Source: Utricularia gibba
Taxonomy: Eukaryota; Plantae; Magnoliophyta
DNA length: 42,104 nucleotides
NCBI GenBank assembly: GCA_002189035.1
Contig: NEEC01000180.1
Span: 1 to 42,104 of the forward strand
Direction: 5' to 3'
Shown piece by piece: positions 1-11,246 of this stretch. The notes under the pieces are model-generated. The model had not been told where the DNA came from. It made no database searches and saw only the letters and a list, made by a program, of their open reading frames with translations. Positions within the stretch are counted from its first letter, which is position 1. Each line of letters begins with the position of its first letter. A program made the position numbers and the translations under genes.

Positions 1-263
1 GGGGGGGAAGAGGAACCGGACAAAGGTCAGCATAGGCTTTGGCGGAAAGTAAGTTGTAGCCCGGCAAAGAAAGTGATGTATGTATTAACGTTCGGTTTTC
101 GAGGTTGCTTACATGGTTTTTCATGGAACAACTTCTCCTTTACTGGCGGCCAGTCTCGCTAGGAAATTGGACCGGGCCCCTGATTCTTTATGGCTCATGA
201 GGACAAAGGATGCAAATCGATGACTATAATGATGCATTGTTTAAATTACGATATCACGTGCAC

Positions 264-418
264 CCTACATCATTTTTTCAACAACATACTTTATACTTGA
301 GGAGGTGGTGTTCGGGGCAAGGGGAACCGGAAAAAGGTCAGCTTAGGCTTGGGCCGAAAGTAAGTTGTAGCCCGGCAAATAAAGTGATGTATTTCTTAAC
401 GTTCGGTTTTCGTGGTTG
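264..418 (+). repeat. Representative half-monomer 1 (~155-156 bp) of the dimeric 313-bp unit
   Basis: Starts cctacatcattttttcaacaac and carries gtgatgtatttcttaa near its end; aligns with the following half 419-575. Confidence 0.8.
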
Positions 419-575
419 CCTACATGGTTTTTCAAGGTACAGCTTCTCGTTTTGTGGCGCCCTGTATCGCATGGAACTTGGTCCGGGCCCCTAATTCATT
501 ATGGCTCATGAGGACAAAGGGTGCAATTCGATGAAAAAAATGATGCATTTGTTTAAATTACGATATCACGTGCAC
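419..575 (+). repeat. Representative half-monomer 2 (~157-158 bp) of the dimeric 313-bp unit
   Basis: Starts cctacatggtttttcaaggtac and carries atgatgcatttgtttaa near its end; homologous to half 1 at matching offsets. Confidence 0.8.
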
Positions 576-2484
576 CGTACATGATTTTTTCAACAACTTA
601 CTTTATACTTGAGGAGGTGGTGTTCCGGGGCAAGAGGAACCGGAAAAAGGTCAGCTTAGGCTTGGGCCGAAAGTAAGTTGTAGCCCGTCAAAGAAAGTGA
701 TGTATTTCTTAACGTTCGGTTTTCAGGGGCTGCCTACATGTTTTTCAAGGAATATCTTTCGTTTTGTGGCGGCCAGTCTCACTAGGAACTTGGTCCGGGC
801 CCCCGAATCTTTATGGCTCATGAGTACAAAGGATGCAGTTCGATGATACAATGATGCATTTGTTTAACTTACGATATCACGTGCACCCTACATCATTTTT
901 TCAATAACGTACTTTATACTTGAGGAGGTGGTCTTGGGGGCAAGAGGAACCGGACAAAGGTCAGTAAAGGTTTGGCCGAAAGTAAGTTGTAGCCCGGCAA
1001 AGAAAGTGATGTATTTATTAACATTCCGTTTTCGGGGCTGCCTACATGGTTTTTCAAGGAACATCTTCTCGTTTTTTGGCGGCTAGTCTTGTTGGGAACC
1101 TGGTCCTAGACCCCGATTTTGTATGGCTCATGGGGTCAACCGGATGCAAATCGATTAATACAATGATGCATTTGTTTAAATTACGATATCACGTGCACCC
1201 TATATCATTTTTTCAATAACGTACTATATACTTGAGGAGGTGGTCTTGGGGGGGAAGAGGAACCGGACAAAGGTCAGCATAGGCTTTGGCGGAAAGTAAG
1301 TTGTAGCACGGCAAAGAAAGTGATGTATGTATTAACGTTCGGTTTTCGAGGTTGCTTACATGGTTTTTCATGGAACAACTTCTCCTTTACTGGCGGCCAG
1401 TCTTGCTAGGAAATTGGACCGGGCCCCTGATTCTTTATGGCTCATGAGTACAAAGGATGCAATTCGATGAATACAATGATGCATTTGTTTAAATTACGAT
1501 ATCACGTGCACCCTACATGATTTTTTCAACAACTTACTTTATACTTGAGGAGGTGGTCTTCGGGGGTAAGAGGAACCGGAAAAAGGTCAGCTTAGGCTTG
1601 GGCCGAAAGTAAGTTGTAGCCCGGCAAATAAAGTGATGTATTTATTAAGGTTCGGTTTTCGGGGTTGCCAACATGGTTTTTAAAGGAACAGCTTCTCGTT
1701 TTGTGGCGCCCTGTATCGCATGGAACTTGGTCCGGGCCCCTAATTCTTTATGGCTCCTGAGGACAAAAGGATGCAATTCGATGAATACAATGATGCATTT
1801 GTTTAAATTACGATATCACGTGCACCCTACATGATTTTTTCAACAACTTACTTTATACTTGAGGAGGTGGTCTTCGGGGGTAAGAGGAACCAGAAAAAGG
1901 TCAGCTTAGGCTTGGGCCGAAAGTAAGTTGTAGCCCGGCAAATAAAGTGATGTATTTATTAAGGTTCGGTTTTCGGGGTTGCCAACATGGTTTTTAAAGG
2001 AACAGCTTCTCGTTTTGTGGCGCCCTGTATCGCATGGAACTTGGTCCGGGCCCCTAATTCTTTATGGCTCATGAGGACAAAAGGATGCAAATCGATGAAA
2101 AAATGATGCATTTGTTTAAATTACGATATCACGTGCACCCTACATGATTTTTTCAACAACTTACTTTATACTTGAGGAGGTGGTCTTGGGGGCAAGGGGA
2201 ACCGGAAAAAGTTCAGCTTAGGCTTGGGCCGAAAGTAAGTTGTAGCCCGGCAAATAAAGTGTTGTATTTCTTAACGTTCGGTTTTCGTGGTTGCCTACAT
2301 GGTTTTTCAAGGTACAGCTTCTCGTTTTGTGGCGCCCTGTATCGCATGGAACTTGGTCTGGGCCCCTAATTCATTATGGCTCATGAGGACAAAGGGTGCA
2401 ATTCGATGAAAAAATGATGCATTTGTTTAAATTACGATATCACGTGCACCGTACATGATTTTTTCAACAACTTACTTTATACTT

Positions 2485-3426
2485 GAGGAGGTGGTGTTCC
2501 GGGGCAAGAGGAACCGGAAAAAGGTCAGCTTAGGCTTGGGCCGAAAGTAAGTTGTAGCCCGACAAAGAAAGTGATGTATTTATCAAGGTTCGGTTTTCGG
2601 GGTTGCCTACATGGTTTTTCAAGGAACAGCTTCTCGTTTTGTGGCGGCCAGTATCGCAAGGAACTTGGTCCGGGCGCCTGATTCTTTATGGCTCATGAGG
2701 ACAAAAGTATGCAAATCGATGAAAAAAATGATGCATTTGTTTAAATTACGATATCACGTGCACCCTACATGATTTTTTCAACAACTTACTTTATACTTGA
2801 GGAGGTGCTCTTGGGGGGCAAGAGGAACCGGACAAAGGTCAGCTTAGGCTTAGGCCGAAAGTAAGTTGTAGCCCGGCAAAGAAAGTGATGTATTTATTAA
2901 CATTCAGTTTTCGGGGGCTGCCTACATGGTTTTTCAAGGAACATATTCTCGTTTTTTGGCGGCTAGTCACATTGGGAACCTGGTCCTAGACCCCGATTCT
3001 GTATGGCTCATGGGGTCAACCGGATGCAAATCGATGAATACAATGATGCATTTGTTTAAATTGCGATATTACGTGCACCCTACATCATTTTTTCAACAAC
3101 GTACTTTATACTTGAGGAGGTGGTCTTGGGGGGGAGAGGAACCGGACAAAGGTTAGCATAGGCTTTGGTCGAAAGTAAGTTGTAGCCCGGCAAAGAAAAG
3201 TGATATATGTATTTACGTTCGGTTTTCGGGGATGCCTACATGGTTTTTCAAGGAACAACTTCTCCTTTAGTGGCGGCCAGTCTCGCTAGGAACTTGGTCC
3301 GGGCCCCCGATTCTTTATGGCTCATGAGTACAAAGGATGCAGTTCGATGAGTACAATGATGCATTTGTTTAACTTACGATATCACGTGCACCCTACATCA
3401 TTTTTTCAATAACGTACTTTATACTT
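2485..3426 (+). repeat. F-G-H monomer triplet of domain-2 type embedded in domain 1
   Basis: F: cagtatcgcaaggaacttggtccgggcgcctg..aaagtatgc. G: gtgctcttg, gaacatattctc. H: ggttagcataggctttggtcg, gtgatatatg. The same ordered triplet forms the core of the domain-2 HOR. Confidence 0.7.
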
Positions 3427-6400
3427 GAGGAGGTGGTCTTGGGGGGCAAGAGGAACCGGACAAAGGTCAGTAAAGGCTTTGGCCGAAAGTAAGTTGTAGC
3501 CCGGCAAAGAAAGTGATGTATTTATTAACATTCCGTTTTCGGGGCTGCCTACATGGTTTTTCAAGGAACATCTTCTCGTTTTTTGGCGGCTAGTCTCGTT
3601 GGGAACCTGGTCCTAGACCCCGATTTTGTATGGCTCATGGGGTCAACCGGATGCAAATCGATTAATACAATGATGCATTTGTTTAAATTACGATATCACG
3701 TGCACCCTATATCATTTTTTCAATAACGTACTATATACTTGAGGAGGTGGTCTTGGGGGGAAGAGGAACCGGACAAAGGTCAGCATAGGCTTTGGCGGAA
3801 AGTAAGTTGTAGCACGGCAAAGAAAGTGATGTATGTATTAACGTTCGGTTTTCGAGGTTGCTTACATGGTTTTTCATGGAACAACTTCTCCTTTACTGGC
3901 GGCCAGTCTCGCTAGGAAATTGGACCGGGCCCCTGATTCTTTATGGCTCATGAGGACAAAGGATGCAAATCGATGACTATAATGATGCATTTGTTTAAAT
4001 TACGATATCACGTGCACCCTACATCATTTTTTCAACAACATACTTTATACTTGAGGAGGTGGTGTTCCGGGGCAAGGGGAACCGGAAAAAGGTCAGCTTA
4101 GGCCTTGGCCGAAAGTAAGTTGTAGCCCGGCAAATAAAGTGATGTATTTCTTAACGTTCGGTTTTCGTGGTTGCCTACATGGTTTTTCAAGGTACAGCTT
4201 CTCGTTTTGTGGCGCCCTGTATCGCATGGAACTTGGTCCGGCCCCTAATTCATTATGGCTCATGAGGACAAAGGGTGCAATTCGATGAAAAAAATGATGC
4301 ATTTGTTTAAATTACGATATCACGTGCACCGTACATGATTTTTTCAACAACTTACTTTATACTTGAGGAGGTGGTGTTCCGGGGCAAGAGGAACCGGAAA
4401 AAGGTCAGCTTAGGCTTGGGCCGAAAGTAAGTTGTAGCCCGTCAAAGAAAGTGATGTATTTCTTAACGTTCGGTTTTCGGGGGCTGCCTACATGGTTTTT
4501 CAAGGAATATCTTTCGTTTTGTGGCGGCCAGTCTCACTAGGAACTTGGTCCGGGCCCCCGATTCTTTATGGCTCATGAGTACAAAGGATGCAGTTCGATG
4601 AGTACAATGATGCATTTGTTTAAATTACGATATCACGTGCACCCTACATCATTTTTTCAATAACGTACTTTATACTTGAGGAGGTGGTCTTGGGGGCAAG
4701 AGGAACCGGACAAAGGTCAGTATAGGCTTTGGCCGAAAGTAAGTTGTAGCCCGGCAAAGAAAGTGATGTATTTATTAACATTCCGTTTTCGGGGGCTGCC
4801 TACATGGTTTTTCAAGGAACATCTTCTCGTTTTTTGGCGGCTAGTCTCGTTGGGAACCTGGTCCCAGACCCGATTTTGTATGGCTCACGGGGTCAACCGG
4901 ATGCAAATCGATTAATACAATGATGCATTTGTTTAAATTACGATATCACGTGCACCCTACATCATTTTTTCAATAACGTACTATATACTTGAGGAGGTGG
5001 TCTTGGGGGGAAGTGGAACCGGACAAAGGTCAGCATAGGCTTTGGCGGAAAGTAAGTTGTAGCCCGGCAAAGAAAGTGATGTATGTATTAACGTTTGGTT
5101 TTCGGGTTGCTTACATGGCTTTTCATGGAACAACTTCTCCTTTAGTGGCGGCCAGTCTCGCTAGGAAATTGGTCCGGGCCCCTGATTCTTTATGGCACAT
5201 GAGGACAAAGGATGCAAATCGATGACTACAATGATGCATTTGTTTAAATTACGATATCACGTGCACCGTACATGATTTTTTCAACAACTTACTTTATACT
5301 TGAGGAGGTGGTGTTCCGGGGCAAGAGGAACCGGAAAAAGGTCAGCTTAGGCTTAGGCCGAAAGTAAGTTGTAGCCCGTCAAAGAAAGTGATGTATTTCT
5401 TAACGTTCGGTTTTCGGGGGCTGCCTACATGGTTTTTCAAGGAATATCTTTCGTTTTGTGGCGGCCAGTCTCACTAGGAACTTGGTCCGGGCCCCCGATT
5501 CTTTATGGCTCATGAGTACAAAGGATGCAGTTCGATGAGTACAATGATGCATTTGTTTAAATTACGATATCACGTGCACCCTACATCATTTTTTCAATAA
5601 CGTACTTTATACTTGAGGAGGTGGTCTTGGGGGGCAAGGGGAACCGGAAAAAGGTCAGCTTAGGCTTGGGCCGAAAGTAAGTTGTAGCCTGGCAAATAAA
5701 GTGATGTATTTATTAACATTCAGTTTTCGGGGGCTGCCTACATGGTTTTTCAAGGAATATCTTTCGTTTTGTGGCGGCCAGTCTCACTAGGAACTTGGTC
5801 CGGGCCCCCGATTCTTTATGGCTCATGAGTACAAAGGATGCAGTTCGATGAGTACAATGATGCATTTGTTTAACTTACGATATCACGTGCACCCTACATC
5901 ATTTTTTCAATAACGTACTTTATACTTGAGGAGGTGGTCTTGGGGGCAAGAGGAACCGGACAAAGGTCAGTAAAGGCTTTGGCCGAAAGTAAGTTGTAGC
6001 CCGGCAAAGAAAGTGATGTATTTATTAACATTCCGTTTTCGGGGGCTGCCTACATGGTTTTTCAAGGAACATCTTCTCGTTTTTTGGCGGCTAGTCTCGT
6101 TGGGAACCTGGTCCTAGACCCCGATTTTGTATGGCTCATGGGGTCAACCGGATGCAAATCGATTAATACAATGATGCATTTGTTTAAATTAGGATATCAC
6201 GTGCACCCTATATCATTTTTTCAATAACGTACTATATACTTGAGGAGGTGGTCTTGGGGGGGAAGAGGAACCGGACAAAGGTCAGCATAGGCTTTGGCGG
6301 AAAGTAAGTTGTAGCACGGCAAAGAAAGTGATGTATGTATTAACGTTCGGTTTTCGAGGTTGCTTACATGGTTTTTCATGGAACAACTTCTCCTTTACTG

Positions 6401-9400
6401 GCGGCCAGTCTCGCTAGGAAATTGGACCGGGCCCCTGATTCTTTATGGCTCATGAGTACAAAGGATGCAATTCGATGAATACAATGATGCATTTGTTTAA
6501 ATTACGATATCACGTGCACCCTACATGATTTTTTTAACAACTTACTTTATACTTGAGGAGGTGGTCTTCGGGGGTAAGAGGAACCGGAAAAAGGTCAGCT
6601 TAGGCTTGGGCCGAAAGTAAGTTGTAGCCCGGCAAATAAAGTGATGTATTTATTAAGGTTCGGTTTTCGGGGTTGCCAACATGGTTTTTAAAGGAACAGC
6701 TTCTCGTTTTGTGGCGCCCTGTATCGCATGGAACTTGGTCCGGGCCCCTAATTCTTTATGGCTCCTGAGGACAAAAGGATGCAATTCGATGAATACAATG
6801 ATGCATTTGTTTAAATTACGATATCACGTGCACCCTACATGATTTTTTCAACAACTTACTTTATACTTGAGGAGGTGGTCTTGGGGGCAAGGGGAACCGG
6901 AAAAAGTTCAGCTTAGGCTTGGGCCGAAAGTAAGTTGTAGCCCGGCAAATAAAGTGTTGTATTTCTTAACGTTCGGTTTTCGTGGTTGCCTACATGGTTT
7001 TTCAAGGTACAGCTTCTCGTTTTGTGGCGCCCTGTATCGCATGGAACTTGGTCTGGGCCCCTAATTCATTATGGCTCATGAGGACAAAGGGTGCAATTCG
7101 ATGAAAAAATGATGCATTTGTTTAAATTACGATATCACGTGCACCGTACATGATTTTTTCAACAACTTACTTTATACTTGAGGAGGTGGTGTTCCGGGGC
7201 AAGAGGAACCGGAAAAAGGTCAGCTTAGGCTTGGGCCGAAAGTAAGTTGTAGCCCGTCAAAGAAAGTGATGTATTTCTTAACGTTCGGTTTTCGGGGGCT
7301 GCCTACATGGTTTTTCAAGGAATATCTTTCGTTTTGTGGCGGCCAGTCTCACTAGGAACTTGGTCCGGGCCCCCGATTCTTTATGGCTCATGAGTACAAA
7401 GGATGCAGTTCGATGAGTACAATGATGCATTTGTTTAAATTACGATATCACGTGCACCCTACATCATTTTTTCAATAACGTACTTTATACTTGAGGAGGT
7501 GGTCTTGGGGGCAAGGGAACCGGAAAAAGGTCAGCTTAGGCTTGGGCTGAAAGTAAGTTGTAGCCTGGCAAATAAAGTGATGTATTTATTAACATTCAGT
7601 TTTCGGGGGCTGCCTACATGGTTTTTCAAGGAATATCTTTCGTTTTGTGGCGGCCAGTCTCACTAGGAACTTGGTCCGGGCCCCGATTCTTTATGGCTCA
7701 TGAGTACAAAGGATGCAGTTCGATGAGTACAATGATGCATTTGTTTAACTTACGATATCACGTGCACCCTACATCATTTTTTCAATAACGTACTTTATAC
7801 TTGAGGAGGTGGTCTTGGGGGGCAAGAGGAACCGGACAAAGGTCAGTAAAGGCTTTGGCCGAAAGTAAGTTGTAGCCCGGCAAAGAAAGTGATGTATTTA
7901 TTAACATTCCGTTTTCGGGGGCTGCCTACATGGTTTTTCAAGGAACATCTTCTCGTTTTTTGGCGGCTAGTCTCGTTGGGAACCTGGTCCTAGACCCCGA
8001 TTTTGTATGGCTCATGGGGTCAACCGGATGCAAATCGATTAATACAATGATGCATTTGTTTAAATTACGATATCACGTGCACCCTATATCATTTTTTCAA
8101 TAACGTACTATTATACTTGAGGAGGTGGTCTTGGGGGGGAAGAGGAACCGGACAAAGGTCAGCATAGGCTTTGGCGGAAAGTAAGTTGTAGCACGGCAAA
8201 GAAAGTGATGTATGTATTAACGTTCGGTTTTCGAGGTTGCTTACATGGTTTTTCATGGAACAACTTCTCCTTTACTGGCGGCCAGTCTCGCTAGGAAATT
8301 GGACCGGGCCCTGATTCTTTATGGCTCATGAGTACAAAGGATGCAATTCGATGAGTACAATGATGCATTTGTTTAACTTACGATATCACGTGCACCCTAC
8401 ATCATTTTTTCAATAACGTACTTTATACTTGAGGAGGTGGTCTTGGGGGGCAAGAGGAACCGGACAAAGGTCAGTAAAGGCTTTGGCCGAAAGTAAGTTG
8501 TAGCCCGGCAAAGAAAGTGATGTATTTATTAACATTCCGTTTTCGGGGGCTGCCTACATGGTTTTTCAAGGAACATCTTCTCGTTTTTTGGCGGCTAGTC
8601 TCGTTGGGAACCTGGTCCTAGACCCCGATTTTGTATGGCTCATGGGGTCAACCGGATGCAAATCGATTAATACAATGATGCATTTGTTTAAATTACGATA
8701 TCACGTGCACCCTATATCATTTTTTCAATAACGTACTATATACTTGAGGAGGTGGTCTTGGGGGGAAGAGGAACCGGACAAAGGTCAGCATAGGCTTTGG
8801 CGGAAAGTAAGTTGTAGCACGGCAAAGAAAGTGATGTATGTATTAACGTTCGGTTTTCGAGGTTGCTTACATGGTTTTTCATGGAACAACTTCTCCTTTA
8901 CTGGCGGCCAGTCTCGCTAGGAAATTGGACCGGGCCCCTGATTCTTTATGGCTCATGAGTACAAAGGATGCAATTCGATGAGTACAATGATGCATTTGTT
9001 TAAATTACGATATCACGTGCACCCTACATGATTTTTTCAACAACTTACTTTATACTTGAGGAGGTGGTCTTCGGGGGTAAGAGGAACCGGAAAAAGGTCA
9101 GCTTAGGCTTGGGCCGAAAGTAAGTTGTAGCCCGGCAAATAAAGTGATGTATTTATTAAGGTTCGGTTTTCGGGGTTGCCAACATGGTTTTTAAAGGAAC
9201 AGCTTCTCGTTTTGTGGCGCCCTGTATCGCATGGAACTTGGTCCGGGCCCCTAATTCTTTATGGCTCATGAGGACAAAAGGATGCAATTCGATGAATACA
9301 ATGATGCATTTGTTTAAATTACGATATCACGTGCACCCTACATGATTTTTTCAACAACTTACTTTATACTTGAGGAGGTGGTCTTGGGGGTAAGAGGAAC

Positions 9401-9684
9401 CGGAAAAAGGTCAGCTTAGGCTTGGGCCGAAAGTAAGTTGTAGCCCGGCAAATAAAGTGATGTATTTATTAAGGTTCGGTTTTCGGGGTTGCCAACATGG
9501 TTTTTAAAGGAACAGCTTCTCGTTTTGTGGCGCCCTGTATCGCATGGAACTTGGTCCGGGCCCCTAATTCTTTATGGCTCATGAGGACAAAAGTATGCAA
9601 ATCGATGAAAAAAATGATGCATTTGTTTAAATTACGATATCACGTGCACCCTACATGATTTTTTCAAACACTTACTTTATACTT

Positions 9685-11246
9685 GAGGAGGTGGTCTTGG
9701 GGGGCAAGAGGAACCGGACAAAGGTCAGCTTAGGCTTGGGCCGAAAGTAAGTTGTAGCCCGTCAAAGAAAGTGATGTATTTATTAACATTCAGTTTTCGG
9801 GGGCTGCCTACATGGTTTTTCAAGGAACATATTCTCGTTTTTTGGCGGCTAGTCTCATTGGGAACCTGGTCCTAGACCCCGATTCTGTATGGCTCATGGG
9901 GTCAACCGGATGCAAATCGATGAATACAATGATGCATTTGTTTAAATTGCGATATCACGTGCACCCTACATCATTTTTCAACAACGTACTTTATACTTGA
10001 GGAGGTGGTCTTGGGGGGGAGAGGAACCGGACAAAGGTTAGTATAGGCTTTGGCCGAAAGTAAGTTGTAGCCCGGCAAAGAAAGTGATGTATTTATTAAC
10101 ATTCCGTTTTCGGGGGCTGCCTACATGGTTTTTCAAGGAATATCTTTCGTTTTGTGGCGGCCAGTCTCACTAGGAACTTGGTCCGGGCCCCCGATTCTTT
10201 ATGGCTCATGAGTACAAAGGATGCAGTTCGATGAATACAATGATGCATTTGTTTAAATTACGATATCACGTGCACCCTACATGATTTTTTCAACAACTTA
10301 CTTTATACTTGAGGAGGTGGTCTTGGGGGGTAAGAGGAACCGGAAAAAGGTCAGCTTAGGCTTGGGCCGAAAGTAGTTTAGCCCGGCAAATAAAGTGATG
10401 TATTTCTTAACGATCGGTTTTCGGGGTTGCCAACATGGTTTTTAAAGGAACAGCTTCTCGTTTTGTGGCGCCCAGTATCGCAAGGAACTTGGTCCGGGCC
10501 CCTGATTCTTTATGGCTCATGAGGACAAAAGAATGCAAATCGATGAAAAAAATGATGCATTGTTTAAATTACGATATCACGTGCACCCTACATGATTTTT
10601 TCAACAACTTACTTTATACTTGAGGAGGTGGTCTTGGGGGCAAGTGGAACCGGACAAAAGTCAGCATAGGCTTTGGCCGAAAGTAAGTTGTAGCCCGGCA
10701 AAGAAAAGTGATGTATTTATTAAGGTTCGGTTTTCGGGGTTGCCAACATGGTTTTTAAAGGAACAGCTTCTCGTTTTGTGGCAGCCTGTATCGCAAGGAA
10801 CTTGGTCCGGGCCCCTGATTCTTTATGGCTCATGAGGACAAAGGGATGCAAATCGATGAAAAAAATGATGCATTTGTTTAAATTACGATATCACGTGCAC
10901 CCTACATGATTTTTCAAAAACATACTTTATACTTGAGGAGGTGGTCTTGGGGGCAAGAGGAACCGGAAAAAGGTCAGCTTAGGCTTGGGCCGAAAGTAAG
11001 TTTTAGCCCGGCAAAGAAAGTGATGTATTTATTAACGTTCGGTTTTCGGGGTTGCCTACATGGTTTTCAACGAAATGCTTCTCGTTTTGTGGCGGCCGCT
11101 CTCGCAGGGAACTTGGTCCGGGCCCCGATGCTATATGGCTCATGAGGTCAACCAGATGCAAATCGATGAAGACAAGCATGCTTTTTTTTTTAATTACGAT
11201 ATCACGTGCAGCCCACATGATTTTTTCAACAACTTACTTTATACTT
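9685..11246 (+). repeat. Transition zone of five monomers (one G, then four mosaic/divergent copies) between the two sub-domains
   Basis: Hybrid front/back halves and private alleles (aagtagtttagcc ~10371, cgatcgg 10411, aaaagtcagc ~10656, gcagcctgta ~10781, agttttagcc ~11000). First P-type back half begins ~11066. Confidence 0.65.

Larger units (their letters stand above)
1..9684 (+). repeat. Satellite sub-domain 1: monomer classes A-E in a loosely ordered higher-order arrangement
   Basis: Diagnostic alleles: A catggaacaac..tttactgg..gaaattggacc; B aaggtacagc..cctaattcatt; C gaatatctttcg..ctcactagg; D gaacatcttc..ggctagtctcgttgg..cgattaatac; E tttaaaggaacagc..gcgccctgtatcgcatgg. Order read by eye: A B C D A E E B F G H D A B C D A C C D A E B C C D A D A E E. 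Every D is followed by A. Confidence 0.8.

Noticed and set aside
2844-2855. TTAGGCTTAGGC, two nematode-type telomere units (consensus ttaggcttgggc)
   Set aside because: Only two units, one substitution from the common allele; compatible with chance.
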